Of a DNA stretch of 64,000 nt, positions 17,295 to 27,250 are shown in pieces. Positions within the stretch are counted from its first letter, which is position 1, and every line of letters starts with the position of its first letter. Both the position numbers and the translations under genes were made by a program. Below the pieces are notes generated by a model that did no database searches, was not told the DNA's origin, and saw nothing but the letters and a program-made list of their open reading frames with translations. Location of the stretch: sequence record OQ031493.1; one strand, given 5' to 3'.

Positions 17295-17762
17295 TTATAG
17301 GAAGATATCTTCTACTGAGGGCACTATATTCTTTTCTTTTACAAGTTCAGTAGATTTGGTATAATGTGCATTAAATAGTTTCTTTAAATCTGCTTTTTCA
17401 TATTTTACAGTATCTGCTAATTTCCAAATAGTAAGACCTAGATGAATACTAACTGAATTAACATGTTTTACGCATAGATCAATTAATTTGTTAAACTCTT
17501 CTAATTCATTTTTAATCAACGTTGCATCTAAAGCTTGGTGCAAACGATTAGATAATTTAACTTTATCTTTGTCAATTGTAAAGTTATTTTCAATATCCTT
17601 AGCACTCATCGGTGGTTCAACTTTATACCACACATTGGTTAGTTTACCGTCCACACGCGTCGTGATGGGATGTTTATAATCAGTCCAACTTCTATGTAGA
17701 TTATGTTTATCATCAAGAACATCTACAGTAACTTTCTCATTACCTGTAAAGAATGGATACAT
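17295..17762 (-). CDS. hypothetical protein
   Basis: 155-aa ORF. Confidence 0.7.
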   Translation of the reverse strand: MYPFFTGNEKVTVDVLDDKHNLHRSWTDYKHPITTRVDGKLTNVWYKVEPPMSAKDIENNFTIDKDKVKLSNRLHQALDATLIKNELEEFNKLIDLCVKHVNSVSIHLGLTIWKLADTVKYEKADLKKLFNAHYTKSTELVKEKNIVPSVEDIFL

Positions 17763-17935
17763 TAGGTTGCCTTTATTTTATCAATGAGTAATTTTAATAG
17801 TTCATCATTAGTTAAATTGTTTTTATTTTTAATAATGTCTTTTAGTTTAAACATATTGAAAGTATACCACAACCACTTATGAATTATATAACAAATCACT
17901 ATAACTAATAATAGTAGTGAATGTAATGCTAGCAT
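17762..17935 (-). CDS. small membrane protein (57 aa), not in ORF track
   Basis: manual translation MLALHSLLLLVIVICYIIHKWLWYTFNMFKLKDIIKNKNNLTNDELLKLLIDKIKAT; AGGT SD; TAATG coupling; first gene after promoter 17972. Confidence 0.7.
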   Translation of the reverse strand: MLALHSLLLLVIVICYIIHKWLWYTFNMFKLKDIIKNKNNLTNDELLKLLIDKIKAT

Positions 17936-17971
17936 TATAACTACCTATTTTGATATGACTTGACCAAATAT

Positions 17972-17979
17972 GTAATATA
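17972..17979 (-). promoter_or_regulatory. early promoter TATATTAC
   Basis: exact octamer; 30 bp identical to 2813-2842. Confidence 0.75.
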
Positions 17980-18007
17980 GATTTCAAAAAAAATTTAATG
18001 CAATAAA

Positions 18008-18027
18008 GGAGAGCTAAATAGCTCTCC
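18008..18027 (-). terminator. intrinsic terminator
   Basis: ggagagct/agctctcc stem then TTTATT. Confidence 0.75.
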
Positions 18028-18036
18028 TATTTATGC

Positions 18037-18327
18037 TTATTTATTTTTCTTTCTTGACTTATCTTTAATAACTAAGTCTAATGCTTCAAACATTTTAACA
18101 GCAGTTAAATGGTCGATAGAGTATGCCTTTTTACGTAAACGTCCAATAGCTACTGTATACTGGTATTCAGATAAACCATCACTCATATTGTCAATAATTG
18201 ATAGTGCTTCTTTATAAAGCCTGTTACACTTTATCGTGTGTTTGATGGCATAATAACCCCAGTTAATTAAAGCCATCATTATAATCAGAAACAAAATACC
18301 TATAATTACTGTCATGATATCATTCAT
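18037..18327 (-). CDS. single-pass membrane protein, paralog of the adjacent gene
   Basis: N-terminal TM; IIDNMSDGLSEYQY. Confidence 0.7.
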   Translation of the reverse strand: MNDIMTVIIGILFLIIMMALINWGYYAIKHTIKCNRLYKEALSIIDNMSDGLSEYQYTVAIGRLRKKAYSIDHLTAVKMFEALDLVIKDKSRKKNK

Positions 18328-18637
18328 TTGCTGTTTCCCTATTATTACATTTTAATATAATCAATGAGTTGATATCGTAAATAAAAGATGTAAAAATATG
18401 TTGATTTGTTATTTTAGATGATTCTTTATCTATAATGTCTTGGACAGCATTTTGATAGAAAAAATAACTTATGCCATTGGGCATTTTATCTAATACATAT
18501 CTAACCTTATAAACACCCATCCAGTGAATATAATGATTTTTTATATTAATAATGAAAGTTACACATGTTGATATAGCCGTTAGTGTTATCATTGATATAA
18601 CAAATACTTTATACATTTGCAACCCACAGATTCTCAT
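18320..18637 (-). CDS. single-pass membrane protein, paralog of the adjacent gene
   Basis: N-terminal TM; VLDKMPNGISYFFY. Confidence 0.7.
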   Translation of the reverse strand: MRICGLQMYKVFVISMITLTAISTCVTFIINIKNHYIHWMGVYKVRYVLDKMPNGISYFFYQNAVQDIIDKESSKITNQHIFTSFIYDINSLIILKCNNRETANE

Positions 18638-18650
18638 CTAGATGAAATAA

Positions 18651-18670
18651 ACCAGCCCCGAAGGGCTGGT
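18651..18670 (-). terminator. intrinsic terminator (UUCG loop)
   Basis: accagccc-TTCG-gggctggt then TTATTT. Confidence 0.8.
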
Positions 18671-18672
18671 AT

Positions 18673-19041
18673 TTATTTTACAACCACAGCTTTACCGTAG
18701 TTGTTATCCATACAGGTTTTAAATGATGTAACGTATGCATCACGTGGGCTTTGTCTACGTGAATACACAACGTGCACCTCTTTAATTGCTGCTGGGAGAA
18801 CATTGTAAAGAACGTTATCTTTGTTCTTCACGCCGTACCCTTTTAGGGATCGTAGGTTTTCTTCCCATTGTAAAATGGGTGTTTTACGCTGACGTGCTTC
18901 TGCTGTGGCATGTGCTATAAGTGCAACACCATTACAGTAATTCTCGTCAACTACCAACGATGCAGCTAGTGGGTTTGATACGTATAACAACGTACTTAAT
19001 ACGGCCACTAACTTCATTACGTGTGTTAAACATTGCATCAC
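18673..19041 (-). CDS. exported helical protein, Cys-pair family
   Basis: signal peptide ending LAA; NYCNGV...KTCMDNNYGK. Confidence 0.7.
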   Translation of the reverse strand: MMQCLTHVMKLVAVLSTLLYVSNPLAASLVVDENYCNGVALIAHATAEARQRKTPILQWEENLRSLKGYGVKNKDNVLYNVLPAAIKEVHVVYSRRQSPRDAYVTSFKTCMDNNYGKAVVVK

Positions 19042-19094
19042 GTTGTACCTAGGTTGCTAAGATCAGAATATAAAGCTACTAAAATAGCCTTAAA

Positions 19095-19694
19095 TCATTC
19101 TACAACCTTAACGTTACCATCTTCAATAACTAGATCTTTACCTACAACATCGGCAAGATCTAACTTATCTTTTACTTCCAGTTTCTTGATACTGTGTACA
19201 AAACGGAATACAGATAGACGAAGAATTAGTTCTTCTGGTACATCAACAACATCAATAAAGTATTCTGATGGGTTGATATCACAATTGACATATTCCCAAC
19301 TTTGTCTTAGTTCAGTTTCATTCTCAGTTACTTGTGCATCAAGAACTTCTTCAAAGTTAATATTGGCAATATTAGTATCATTATCATTCAGATAAGTAAA
19401 TTGAAGACTAGCATTATTAATGAATTCTTCTTCAACTACAGTTAGTGCACGTTGAGCGTGAATGGGCAGATGATATCGAATACACCCATTAATAATAACC
19501 TCATTTGCCTTTTCAATATAACGTTCTTCTTTGAATTTTACATTAGATACGACGTAATCTAGGATTGCCTTGTAATATTCTTTATGATCTGGGTGGCTCT
19601 TTTCAATCCACTGTCGGCTACTTACGCTAATTTTTTTCTCGGCTAGAAAATCTCGGAATTTAGCACGATCGATATAAGCGGTACGTTTTTTCAT
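19095..19694 (-). CDS. hypothetical protein
   Basis: 199-aa ORF, AGGA SD. Confidence 0.75.
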   Translation of the reverse strand: MKKRTAYIDRAKFRDFLAEKKISVSSRQWIEKSHPDHKEYYKAILDYVVSNVKFKEERYIEKANEVIINGCIRYHLPIHAQRALTVVEEEFINNASLQFTYLNDNDTNIANINFEEVLDAQVTENETELRQSWEYVNCDINPSEYFIDVVDVPEELILRLSVFRFVHSIKKLEVKDKLDLADVVGKDLVIEDGNVKVVE

Positions 19695-19706
19695 CAGTAG
19701 TTCCTA

Positions 19707-20222
19707 TTATTTAACATTTCTAGGTGTTAGTTCGATATGTGAACAGATCACATAAGATGCACATGCCAGTACATCTAAACCATAATACTCATCATAATGG
19801 AAATATCCTCTGAGATTACCTTGTTTAGTAAAGGTGTATTCATCAGCTAAATCTAACTCGTTACTTGTCTCTAGCACATTGATTAATTTATCATATTCAA
19901 CTTTTAGTGCTATATCAGTACAGATTATTTGCTTGATATATTTATCAGAGTTTGGATCATTTTTATAATCTAAAGTATCAGTTAATACAGTGGTTAATGC
20001 TAGAATAACATAGTCATGGTAACTTTCCGGTTGTTTAATCTCACCTTCAGGTATTTCAATCCATTCCCAACCATGTCGTAATATATTTAGCATTACATGC
20101 CACTTACTGGTTTCATTACTAACCACAGCTATTGGTGAATCATTATAAGGTTTATACAAACCTGTTGTTTTTAAAAGATCTTTTTTAATAGCAGCTATAT
20201 ATAACGGGCGGTTTTCTGACAT
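19707..20222 (-). CDS. hypothetical protein
   Basis: 171-aa ORF. Confidence 0.75.
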   Translation of the reverse strand: MSENRPLYIAAIKKDLLKTTGLYKPYNDSPIAVVSNETSKWHVMLNILRHGWEWIEIPEGEIKQPESYHDYVILALTTVLTDTLDYKNDPNSDKYIKQIICTDIALKVEYDKLINVLETSNELDLADEYTFTKQGNLRGYFHYDEYYGLDVLACASYVICSHIELTPRNVK

Positions 20223-20231
20223 TTTTATAAC

Positions 20232-20561
20232 TCACATATATTTCAAATGTTTGCCAATTGGTCTGTTAGGGTTATACATATAACCACGACCTGCTGCTGC
20301 CCTAATTACTAATTTCTGCATATCTGTTAATTTTCTATAATTATCACCAATTAATTTAAGTATAATACTTTCTATAGAATCATTAGTTAATTCAGAAGGA
20401 TCTGTTACTTTGAAATAATTATATACTAATTCTCTTTTAACTAGAAAATCAACTCTTCGTTTTTCTTTAATTCGTTTATAACGTTGCGATACATGGATAA
20501 ATGAAAATAAAACAACTATCCAGAATAAGGTCAAAAGTAGGTACTCATCAACTACATTCAT
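20232..20561 (-). CDS. single-pass membrane protein
   Basis: 109 aa; TM LLLTLFWIVVLFSFIHV then basic stretch. Confidence 0.7.
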   Translation of the reverse strand: MNVVDEYLLLTLFWIVVLFSFIHVSQRYKRIKEKRRVDFLVKRELVYNYFKVTDPSELTNDSIESIILKLIGDNYRKLTDMQKLVIRAAAGRGYMYNPNRPIGKHLKYM

Positions 20562-20570
20562 TTTTAATCC

Positions 20571-20888
20571 CTATCTTTTTTTTTTCAAATTATCTTGTAA
20601 CTCAACTAGTGTTCTGTTTAATAAACTAATTTGTTTCTGTTGTTCACATACAAGTTCACTTAACGTATTAATCTGTGCCTGTAGTTCTTTAGTATTAGTA
20701 TCAATAACATCAAGAATATATTCTTTATTTTTCTTAGGCATTCTTTGCTTCCTCAACGTTAATTCACCAAACGGCAGAAAAGATGACTGGGCAGCCAACA
20801 CTCTTTTAGAATGTCTTTTGCCCAGTCTTTTAAATGTCTTACGAAGTTTAATTGGTATAAGCATTAAATAATATCTCTTGATGCCCAT
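20571..20888 (-). CDS. basic protein with C-terminal coiled coil
   Basis: 105 aa; heptad pattern in C-terminal half. Confidence 0.65.
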   Translation of the reverse strand: MGIKRYYLMLIPIKLRKTFKRLGKRHSKRVLAAQSSFLPFGELTLRKQRMPKKNKEYILDVIDTNTKELQAQINTLSELVCEQQKQISLLNRTLVELQDNLKKKR

Positions 20889-21298
20889 GTACCATCTACA
20901 GAGTCATTTACAAATGGTGCACGGTCACCAGGTATTACTTGAGCCCATAAATCCACTTCAAGTAATATCCGACGACATGCATAAAAAGGCTCTACTTCTA
21001 CCCTGTATGAATTATCTTTAGGATCAATATACACAGTAGCAACTAGCTTAGGCTGGGCTCTTCGCCATTTATCCCATACTTTAAGAATTACTTCGCCTTC
21101 CATTCTGGCTATACGTGGAGTTATCTTTACCTCACTAATGATTAGCCCATCTGGACCTACCACTCGTTTAGGGGATAGCCATTTATGATAACCAATATCA
21201 TTAATCCCATTCTTTGAAAATACCGAGTCTTCAAGATATCCTCTCACACCAGGGTATAACGGAACCATTGTAAGCATATGACACCTATAGTGATCCAT
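20864..21298 (-). CDS. hypothetical protein
   Basis: 144-aa ORF in an overlapping run. Confidence 0.7.
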   Translation of the reverse strand: MDHYRCHMLTMVPLYPGVRGYLEDSVFSKNGINDIGYHKWLSPKRVVGPDGLIISEVKITPRIARMEGEVILKVWDKWRRAQPKLVATVYIDPKDNSYRVEVEPFYACRRILLEVDLWAQVIPGDRAPFVNDSVDGTWASRDII

Positions 21299-21683
21299 TG
21301 GATGCCCATAAAACTGAATAAGGATTTTGAGTTAATTGGAATCTAATTGCAAAGTTTTCGATTTCCCAAAAACGATCAGTCTTATTCCACTCTAATTCCT
21401 TTTTCGCCAGATCAACATTAATTGTTGATATAATACGATTACGCTCTTCTTCAAATACAGTAAACCTGACGATTGCTGGAAATAAGCAATCTCTTTCTTT
21501 ATAAAAGTTTAGAGTATTCTTATCGATATAACCTGGTCCTGGAATAATTTCAAGGATATTAAAATCAGTCCATCCTAAGTCTGGTGTACCTAGATCAGGT
21601 AAATGTTTTAAAACCCCATTGCGTATAAAGGGTTTTCCATATTCTAGTGTGACCTCATGAAAAGAAGAACCATAGATTTTCAT
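21285..21683 (-). CDS. hypothetical protein
   Basis: 132-aa ORF, GGTGG SD. Confidence 0.7.
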   Translation of the reverse strand: MKIYGSSFHEVTLEYGKPFIRNGVLKHLPDLGTPDLGWTDFNILEIIPGPGYIDKNTLNFYKERDCLFPAIVRFTVFEEERNRIISTINVDLAKKELEWNKTDRFWEIENFAIRFQLTQNPYSVLWASNGSL

Positions 21684-21844
21684 ACAACCACCGTGCGTTT
21701 TAATTCATAGGGTTAGTATGTTTAGTACCGTTTGAATTTTATTTCATTACAGATGATCGCTTTGTTATATTTGGTGTTTGAATATTTTAGACTAGTTTCA
21801 ATAAATGCTTTCTTTTTCATATATACACTTACGCAAAATAAATA

Positions 21845-21865
21845 GGGACTCTCATTAAGAGTCCC
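21845..21865 (-). terminator. intrinsic terminator
   Basis: gggactct/agagtccc stem then TATTTATTTT. Confidence 0.75.
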
Positions 21866-21871
21866 TTAATA

Positions 21872-22204
21872 TTAAACGAATAATAACTCCAGTACTAATA
21901 CTGGAAATTTATGCCGATATTGTGGATGTACATACGTATGAAATTTATGTGTGCCTAAATGGAATTCAACGTACAGTACAATAAAATCTTTAGCTACATT
22001 TCGATCATGTACGTAAATAGTGAGTATTTCACCATCATCATCTTTCTTACGTCCATAATCAAAATAGTAATTTTTGTTATCAGCTATCCCTTCAGCATTT
22101 AATTGAATGCCCCTTACATCAACAACATTTAAACTAGAATCTTCATTAAATAAAGATCTAGTGCTACCATGGTAAACCATTAATGGATCTAATTGAATCT
22201 GCAT
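21872..22204 (-). CDS. hypothetical protein (weak paralog of 24373-24672)
   Basis: 110 aa; IQLDPLMVYHGSTR vs ISLDRRGAHHLGSR. Confidence 0.7.
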   Translation of the reverse strand: MQIQLDPLMVYHGSTRSLFNEDSSLNVVDVRGIQLNAEGIADNKNYYFDYGRKKDDDGEILTIYVHDRNVAKDFIVLYVEFHLGTHKFHTYVHPQYRHKFPVLVLELLFV

Positions 22205-22272
22205 GTGTTAGTCCTCTACTATGTAGTGAGGCACATGCCTCACTTATATTGTTTTAATTTTCATATTAATGA

Positions 22273-22620
22273 TCAATTAAAGTTAACAGTGCTATAAGCT
22301 TTGCCTAAAGCTGTAAATAGTTCTTCATTAAGTTCATCAAATTCTAACCAACCATTCATTTCACCTAAGATAGTTTTAACAATCGTAAGATTAACAATCT
22401 CAGAGCTAGGAATGATATCTCGAATTCGCTCATGGAAATTAACTACTTGTTGAATACTTACTTTAGTATCATTGACTGAGATATCATCATCAGTTAACTT
22501 ATTAATAGCCATCATTGCTATACGTGAGAATAGATCAGTATGTTCTTCCTTAACAATTTCCCATGCTGCATTAAAGGAGTCAAGAACATCTAGATCATCA
22601 GAATTTAGTTGCTTTTGCAT
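22273..22620 (-). CDS. acidic hypothetical protein
   Basis: 115-aa ORF, GAGGT SD. Confidence 0.75.
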   Translation of the reverse strand: MQKQLNSDDLDVLDSFNAAWEIVKEEHTDLFSRIAMMAINKLTDDDISVNDTKVSIQQVVNFHERIRDIIPSSEIVNLTIVKTILGEMNGWLEFDELNEELFTALGKAYSTVNFN

Positions 22621-22722
22621 TTTAACCTCTTAAACATTATAACACATATACCCCACAACATAAGTCATGGAGTATATGCCTCGAAAGGTACGTAATAGAA
22701 ATACTACTACATAGTATTGTAT

Positions 22723-23193
22723 TTACTCATTAATAACAGATACTTTGTTATTCTCAGCTTTATTTTTAGCCGATAGGGCTAAATAGAGACAACTATACCA
22801 AGTGAAGTAGTCTCTTGGGAAATAACCCTTTAAAAAAGTAGCCATATTTTTAGCACACGCTTTATTAATATTCTTATTAATGATTTTCCTCTCATTCATT
22901 ATTTTACAAGCTAACAATGAATAATGTAGTTGATTATTAGTACTTAGGTCTTCAAGGAATAGTTCTTTCACTGCTTGTGGCTTAGAACTTAGACACATTA
23001 TAATTTCTTGAACAATATAGTCATTCGTCACTGAATGAATGAGTTCAAGATAGAGTGAAAGATTAATCGAATACAGATCTTGTTTATTATTGAAAATGTA
23101 TCCATTTCTATCTAATGTAACTAATTTCTTATATGTGGGAGACATCTTTTCATTAACTATTTTATAAAAAAGACTAATCACTAATTTAATCAT
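22723..23193 (-). CDS. hypothetical protein
   Basis: 156-aa ORF. Confidence 0.7.
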   Translation of the reverse strand: MIKLVISLFYKIVNEKMSPTYKKLVTLDRNGYIFNNKQDLYSINLSLYLELIHSVTNDYIVQEIIMCLSSKPQAVKELFLEDLSTNNQLHYSLLACKIMNERKIINKNINKACAKNMATFLKGYFPRDYFTWYSCLYLALSAKNKAENNKVSVINE

Positions 23194-24323
23194 TTTAATA
23201 AACTTCCATCTACTCTATAAAAACCATGGACATCACGTTTACCATTTAGACTAGGTATCTCATATGGATCAGTTGATGGATTTATCAGTTTGATTTTGCA
23301 TTTATCTAAACGATCACGCAAGCTGATATTACCAGATAATGTTAAACCACGATACTGAATATCGATATTATCTAAATCAACAATGAGCGTACTAAGCTCC
23401 CCATTTGTTAAGTATGGTACTACAACCGAGTCAATTACTTTTGCAATTGTCTTAGCTTCAATATGTATCCAGTTTCCAATATGATTAGCAATCTCTGGAA
23501 ACTTATCTAGATCTAATATGATACTATAGTCACACCTAATTTTGATAATTCCATTACTTGACCAATAATGCATTGCACTATTTATACCACCTAAATGATT
23601 CTCCATAGGTGTGAACTTTAGCCGTCCATTGAAATCTATAAGCACTTTTGAGTTATTACATGTATCAACTATTCTTGACTGATACATAAACATATTAAGT
23701 AGTTTTCTATTGATGGCCACAGTTGTACCATTAGTTAGTTCAACTACGACGATATCACCATCTGCTTCATAAGACTCTACAATTAGAGTTATTGGGTTAC
23801 TATCAAATTTGGAATTATTAGATAACCCACCCATCACAATCTTGTAATTACTATTAACTGATTTAACTTGATCTATTAAAGATGGATCAATGAAATCCTT
23901 AGTGAGTGGTTTTGATGTGAAAATTACAGCCACATTTAGATCACTATTGATTGGTGTATTTACAGGTATGTATTGTTCATTAGAGAAATAGAATAATTTA
24001 AGATCTTCTATATCAGTTAGATTAATAATATCTAATGAATTATTAGTTACTTTATACATGAATGAATCAAAATTTTGTTCAACAAAATAAATCATCCATG
24101 TCTTAGTTTCTTTGGTATAATAACCCCATACTAAACTTCGATCATGTAATTTCCCAGATAGCATTCCTGTGAAATAACCTGACAGAATATCAATTTGATC
24201 AACATCTACATTTTCTCTGATGTATTTATCATTTAGATTAGCTATCTTTTGTTCTAATGTATCTACCTTTTTTGGTTTGTTAAAAATATCAATAACATTT
24301 TTTAAGTACTTAAACATAATCAT
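23190..24323 (-). CDS. hypothetical protein
   Basis: 377-aa ORF, AAGGT SD. Confidence 0.8.
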   Translation of the reverse strand: MIMFKYLKNVIDIFNKPKKVDTLEQKIANLNDKYIRENVDVDQIDILSGYFTGMLSGKLHDRSLVWGYYTKETKTWMIYFVEQNFDSFMYKVTNNSLDIINLTDIEDLKLFYFSNEQYIPVNTPINSDLNVAVIFTSKPLTKDFIDPSLIDQVKSVNSNYKIVMGGLSNNSKFDSNPITLIVESYEADGDIVVVELTNGTTVAINRKLLNMFMYQSRIVDTCNNSKVLIDFNGRLKFTPMENHLGGINSAMHYWSSNGIIKIRCDYSIILDLDKFPEIANHIGNWIHIEAKTIAKVIDSVVVPYLTNGELSTLIVDLDNIDIQYRGLTLSGNISLRDRLDKCKIKLINPSTDPYEIPSLNGKRDVHGFYRVDGSLLK

Positions 24324-24354
24324 AAATTACCTTTTGAGTATAAACACGGAATAA

Positions 24355-24374
24355 AAGCGGTGTACACACCGCTT
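24355..24374 (-). terminator. intrinsic terminator
   Basis: aagcggtgt/acaccgctt palindrome then TTATT. Confidence 0.65.
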
Positions 24375-24672
24375 ATTGTTCAAATTTGATTTTGATATAT
24401 CCACCACCAACATTAGGCTGCTTAGGTCTTAGCCATCCTAGATTAAGATCCATATTCAAAACAAACGTATATGCTGTTACTCCATTTTCATCATCAACAC
24501 TAATGGAGTGCCATCCATCATGATTTTGATCTTTAAGAGAATGGATTTTGGGATATAGTTGATTATGATTCAAATCAAATACTGTAACATCTCCAATTGA
24601 TCTAATTGGATAACCGCGAGATCCTAAATGATGGGCTCCTCTGCGGTCCAGTGAAATAATAGCTTCGTTCAC
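24373..24672 (-). CDS. hypothetical protein
   Basis: 99-aa ORF (GTG start, GAGGT SD). Confidence 0.7.
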   Translation of the reverse strand: MNEAIISLDRRGAHHLGSRGYPIRSIGDVTVFDLNHNQLYPKIHSLKDQNHDGWHSISVDDENGVTAYTFVLNMDLNLGWLRPKQPNVGGGYIKIKFEQ

Positions 24673-24716
24673 GATAATTACCTCATGTAGATGTTTCCAT
24701 TAGTATATGCTAATCT

Positions 24717-24770
24717 ATAATGTAGATCTCAAATAAAATTTAGTGCAATAGCCCTCCCCGAAGGGAGGGC
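24717..24770 (-). promoter_or_regulatory. terminator + variant early-promoter cassette (TACATTAT)
   Basis: 24726-24770 identical to 9561-9605; promoter octamer diverged. Confidence 0.6.
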
Positions 24771-24782
24771 TTTATGACAACA

Positions 24783-25013
24783 TTACCGCTTACTCATTAT
24801 CGCAGCTAGTTCAACTTTAAATAATGCTTCTTCGACTTTACGAGAAATAGCATTTATTTGAACACGTTTATTATTTTCACGATCTAATGCAATTGTATTT
24901 TTTCGTGTACAATAATCGTGTAAACCCAGTTGTCGCCTAACATAGAAAATAACAATTAATTTCAAAACACGAATATATCTCATAACGCGCTTGAACATTT
25001 TATAAATCCTCAA
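24783..25013 (-). CDS. basic hypothetical protein
   Basis: 76-aa ORF. Confidence 0.6.
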   Translation of the reverse strand: MRIYKMFKRVMRYIRVLKLIVIFYVRRQLGLHDYCTRKNTIALDRENNKRVQINAISRKVEEALFKVELAAIMSKR

Positions 25014-25017
25014 TAAT

Positions 25018-25209
25018 TTAAGGAATTGCTTTTAAAGCTTCTTCGCGTTCAGCTAAAAGCTTATCATATTGTATTTGTAATCGGTTAATTTCCGCACGAG
25101 TTAATTTTGTCTTAGCATTAGGTTTCAACTTATGGTTAATATCAACGGTAATACCATGGTACCTAAATAGAGCTTCCATTTTGGCTATTTTCTTTTCAAT
25201 ATCATCCAT
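25018..25209 (-). CDS. hypothetical protein
   Basis: 63-aa ORF. Confidence 0.65.
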   Translation of the reverse strand: MDDIEKKIAKMEALFRYHGITVDINHKLKPNAKTKLTRAEINRLQIQYDKLLAEREEALKAIP

Positions 25210-25240
25210 AGCTAAAATCCAAAAAAAATAATAATGACTA

Positions 25241-25260
25241 AGGGGACCAGAAGGTCCCCT
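25241..25260 (-). terminator. intrinsic terminator
   Basis: aggggacc/ggtcccct stem. Confidence 0.7.
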
Positions 25261-25266
25261 ATATCG

Positions 25267-25743
25267 TTAGGCAGTAATAGCGCGGCGGAAGACTGAATCA
25301 AACTCTTCCTGGTATGCTTTAATCAGCTTTGCAGTTTCTTCACAAATGGTATTATTACCATAAAATGCATCTGCAAAAGATTCTTGCTTACGTACTTCAC
25401 AACCGAATAGCTCAAGACCATTTTTTGCTAGCTCAACTTTGAACTTAGCTAATTCGGTCATACCAATTGGTTTGGCCCGCCCTTCTTCGATACCATTTTC
25501 TTTTAGTTTAATATTATCACATACACTGCAATGACGAACATCTTTTTGTTTGTTCTTACGGAAGTTAGGACTTGATTTAGTTTGTTTTGCAGCAATGTCC
25601 ATAAAGGTTTCCCTAGAATTTTTACGAACCGCAGCTTCATGATTCTTTTTAGCTCGATTTTTCTGTTTCTTCTGAACCGGCTTCGGCTGTACACCCAGCA
25701 TTGAACCAAGTTCACTCCAGGAAGAAATAGTATTGCGTGACAT
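25267..25743 (-). CDS. monocistronic early basic protein with a CxxC
   Basis: 158 aa, Lys/Arg-rich N-half, CSVC; AGGAG SD; own promoter. Confidence 0.75.
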   Translation of the reverse strand: MSRNTISSWSELGSMLGVQPKPVQKKQKNRAKKNHEAAVRKNSRETFMDIAAKQTKSSPNFRKNKQKDVRHCSVCDNIKLKENGIEEGRAKPIGMTELAKFKVELAKNGLELFGCEVRKQESFADAFYGNNTICEETAKLIKAYQEEFDSVFRRAITA

Positions 25744-25782
25744 GTATTAGAATCTCCTATATATGTTGATTATATCACATTT

Positions 25783-25790
25783 GTGATATA
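25783..25790 (-). promoter_or_regulatory. variant early promoter TATATCAC
   Basis: 25773-25810 matches 119-156 at 36/38 positions. Confidence 0.65.
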
Positions 25791-25833
25791 CTGTTTAAAA
25801 TGCTTTGAATGTATAAACCACTATGTTGGTCAA

Positions 25834-26070
25834 TCATAGATAGAATGGTTCATGAATAACAACCCGATAACGAGTGTTATATTGGTTAATTGGAAACATA
25901 TGAACAATCTTAAAATGCAGTTCAGCAACCAAATTAAAGAATTCAGCATGCATGTTATCAGTTGAAATATCAAATGAGATTGTATCATTAACTGCACAAA
26001 GTTCTGAATCAGATGCCTTTGTAATTTCAGTTAGCCGACTGACAAACTTTTCTTGGTTAGGACTAAGCAT
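25834..26070 (-). CDS. hypothetical protein
   Basis: 78-aa ORF immediately after dcd. Confidence 0.65.
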   Translation of the reverse strand: MLSPNQEKFVSRLTEITKASDSELCAVNDTISFDISTDNMHAEFFNLVAELHFKIVHMFPINQYNTRYRVVIHEPFYL

Positions 26071-26072
26071 TA

Positions 26073-26642
26073 TTAAAGTCTCGCTGTTGTGATACCAATT
26101 TGATTTTGATATTTACCATTACGTTTTGCATAACTAACTTCACATGGGGCATCACCTCTAAAGAACATAAACTGAGCAATACCCATATCAGCATAAATTT
26201 TTAGAGGTAGTGTAGTGCAGTTTGCAATCTCAATAACGACTTGTCCTTTGAAACCTGGTTCAATAGGAGTGACATTAACAATTGCACCTAGTCGTGCATA
26301 GGTTGATTTACCTGTGCAAATAGCTAGGACATCATCTGGAATATTAAACGATTCTACAGTATGACCAAGAATATAACTGTTAGGTGGAATAATACAATAA
26401 TCACCAGTCCAATCTACTAAGAATCCATCACTAGGGTCTAATGGGTCAATAACTGCACTTGTTACATTAGAAAAGATCTTAAAATTACGGGCTAGCCTTA
26501 CATCGTACCCATATGAACTAAGCCCATAACTAATAATCTTTTTACCATCTTTTTCACGGACCTGGTGACCAATGAAATCCGTAATCATTGGTTCACGACC
26601 TTTAGATAAGTCAGTGATTGTTTTATCAGATAGAATAGCCAT
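26073..26642 (-). CDS. dcd: dCTP deaminase
   Basis: ILSD, ISYGLSSYGYDVRL, ICTGKSTYARLG, VTPIEPGFKG, EIANCT, GIAQFMF, YQNQ. Confidence 0.95.
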   Translation of the reverse strand: MAILSDKTITDLSKGREPMITDFIGHQVREKDGKKIISYGLSSYGYDVRLARNFKIFSNVTSAVIDPLDPSDGFLVDWTGDYCIIPPNSYILGHTVESFNIPDDVLAICTGKSTYARLGAIVNVTPIEPGFKGQVVIEIANCTTLPLKIYADMGIAQFMFFRGDAPCEVSYAKRNGKYQNQIGITTARL

Positions 26643-26665
26643 TTTTAACTTTTCCTGTTAAGTAA

Positions 26666-27250
26666 TCATCCCCAGAATCGGGCGATGAAGTGAACACACT
26701 CCATCTTTTTAGTTTCTTCCAGGAACTTGAAATAACCATCATCCACACCATTGCTCAAAAATAGCTGGCGATAGGTTTTTTCCGAAATGACTTCACCATT
26801 AACATCTTGATCGAACATCGTTGGCTTCTGATCATAATCGAAGTTCCAGAGGTCTTCCATATTGAAGATCATTGTAAGTGGGTACCAACCATCTTCACTA
26901 TAATAGGCGTACGGTGTTAGATTGTCCTGTTTGGAATTGACAATTTGTGAAAGGCGACCTTCAAAGTTGTTCCATACTGGATGCGAGTCATCACTGACGA
27001 GTGTACCAAATCCACAGCCTTTAAGAGTCGGTCGACAGAATCGGTTGGTATACTCATTATTATCGGTTAACCAATCCCAAAGATAATAGCAACGGCTAAA
27101 GTTAAGAGCCTCGCATGTATGCATGTCAATGAATTTAAGTACACGTGCACCATCTGAAGAACGTGTGGAACGTTTGGTAACTACAGGGAAAACATCAATA
27201 CCCATTTTAATCATCCATTTAACAGAATTTTTCTTGACCAGGGATTTCAC
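26666..27250 (-). CDS. hypothetical protein
   Basis: 194-aa ORF. Confidence 0.7.
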   Translation of the reverse strand: MKSLVKKNSVKWMIKMGIDVFPVVTKRSTRSSDGARVLKFIDMHTCEALNFSRCYYLWDWLTDNNEYTNRFCRPTLKGCGFGTLVSDDSHPVWNNFEGRLSQIVNSKQDNLTPYAYYSEDGWYPLTMIFNMEDLWNFDYDQKPTMFDQDVNGEVISEKTYRQLFLSNGVDDGYFKFLEETKKMECVHFIARFWG

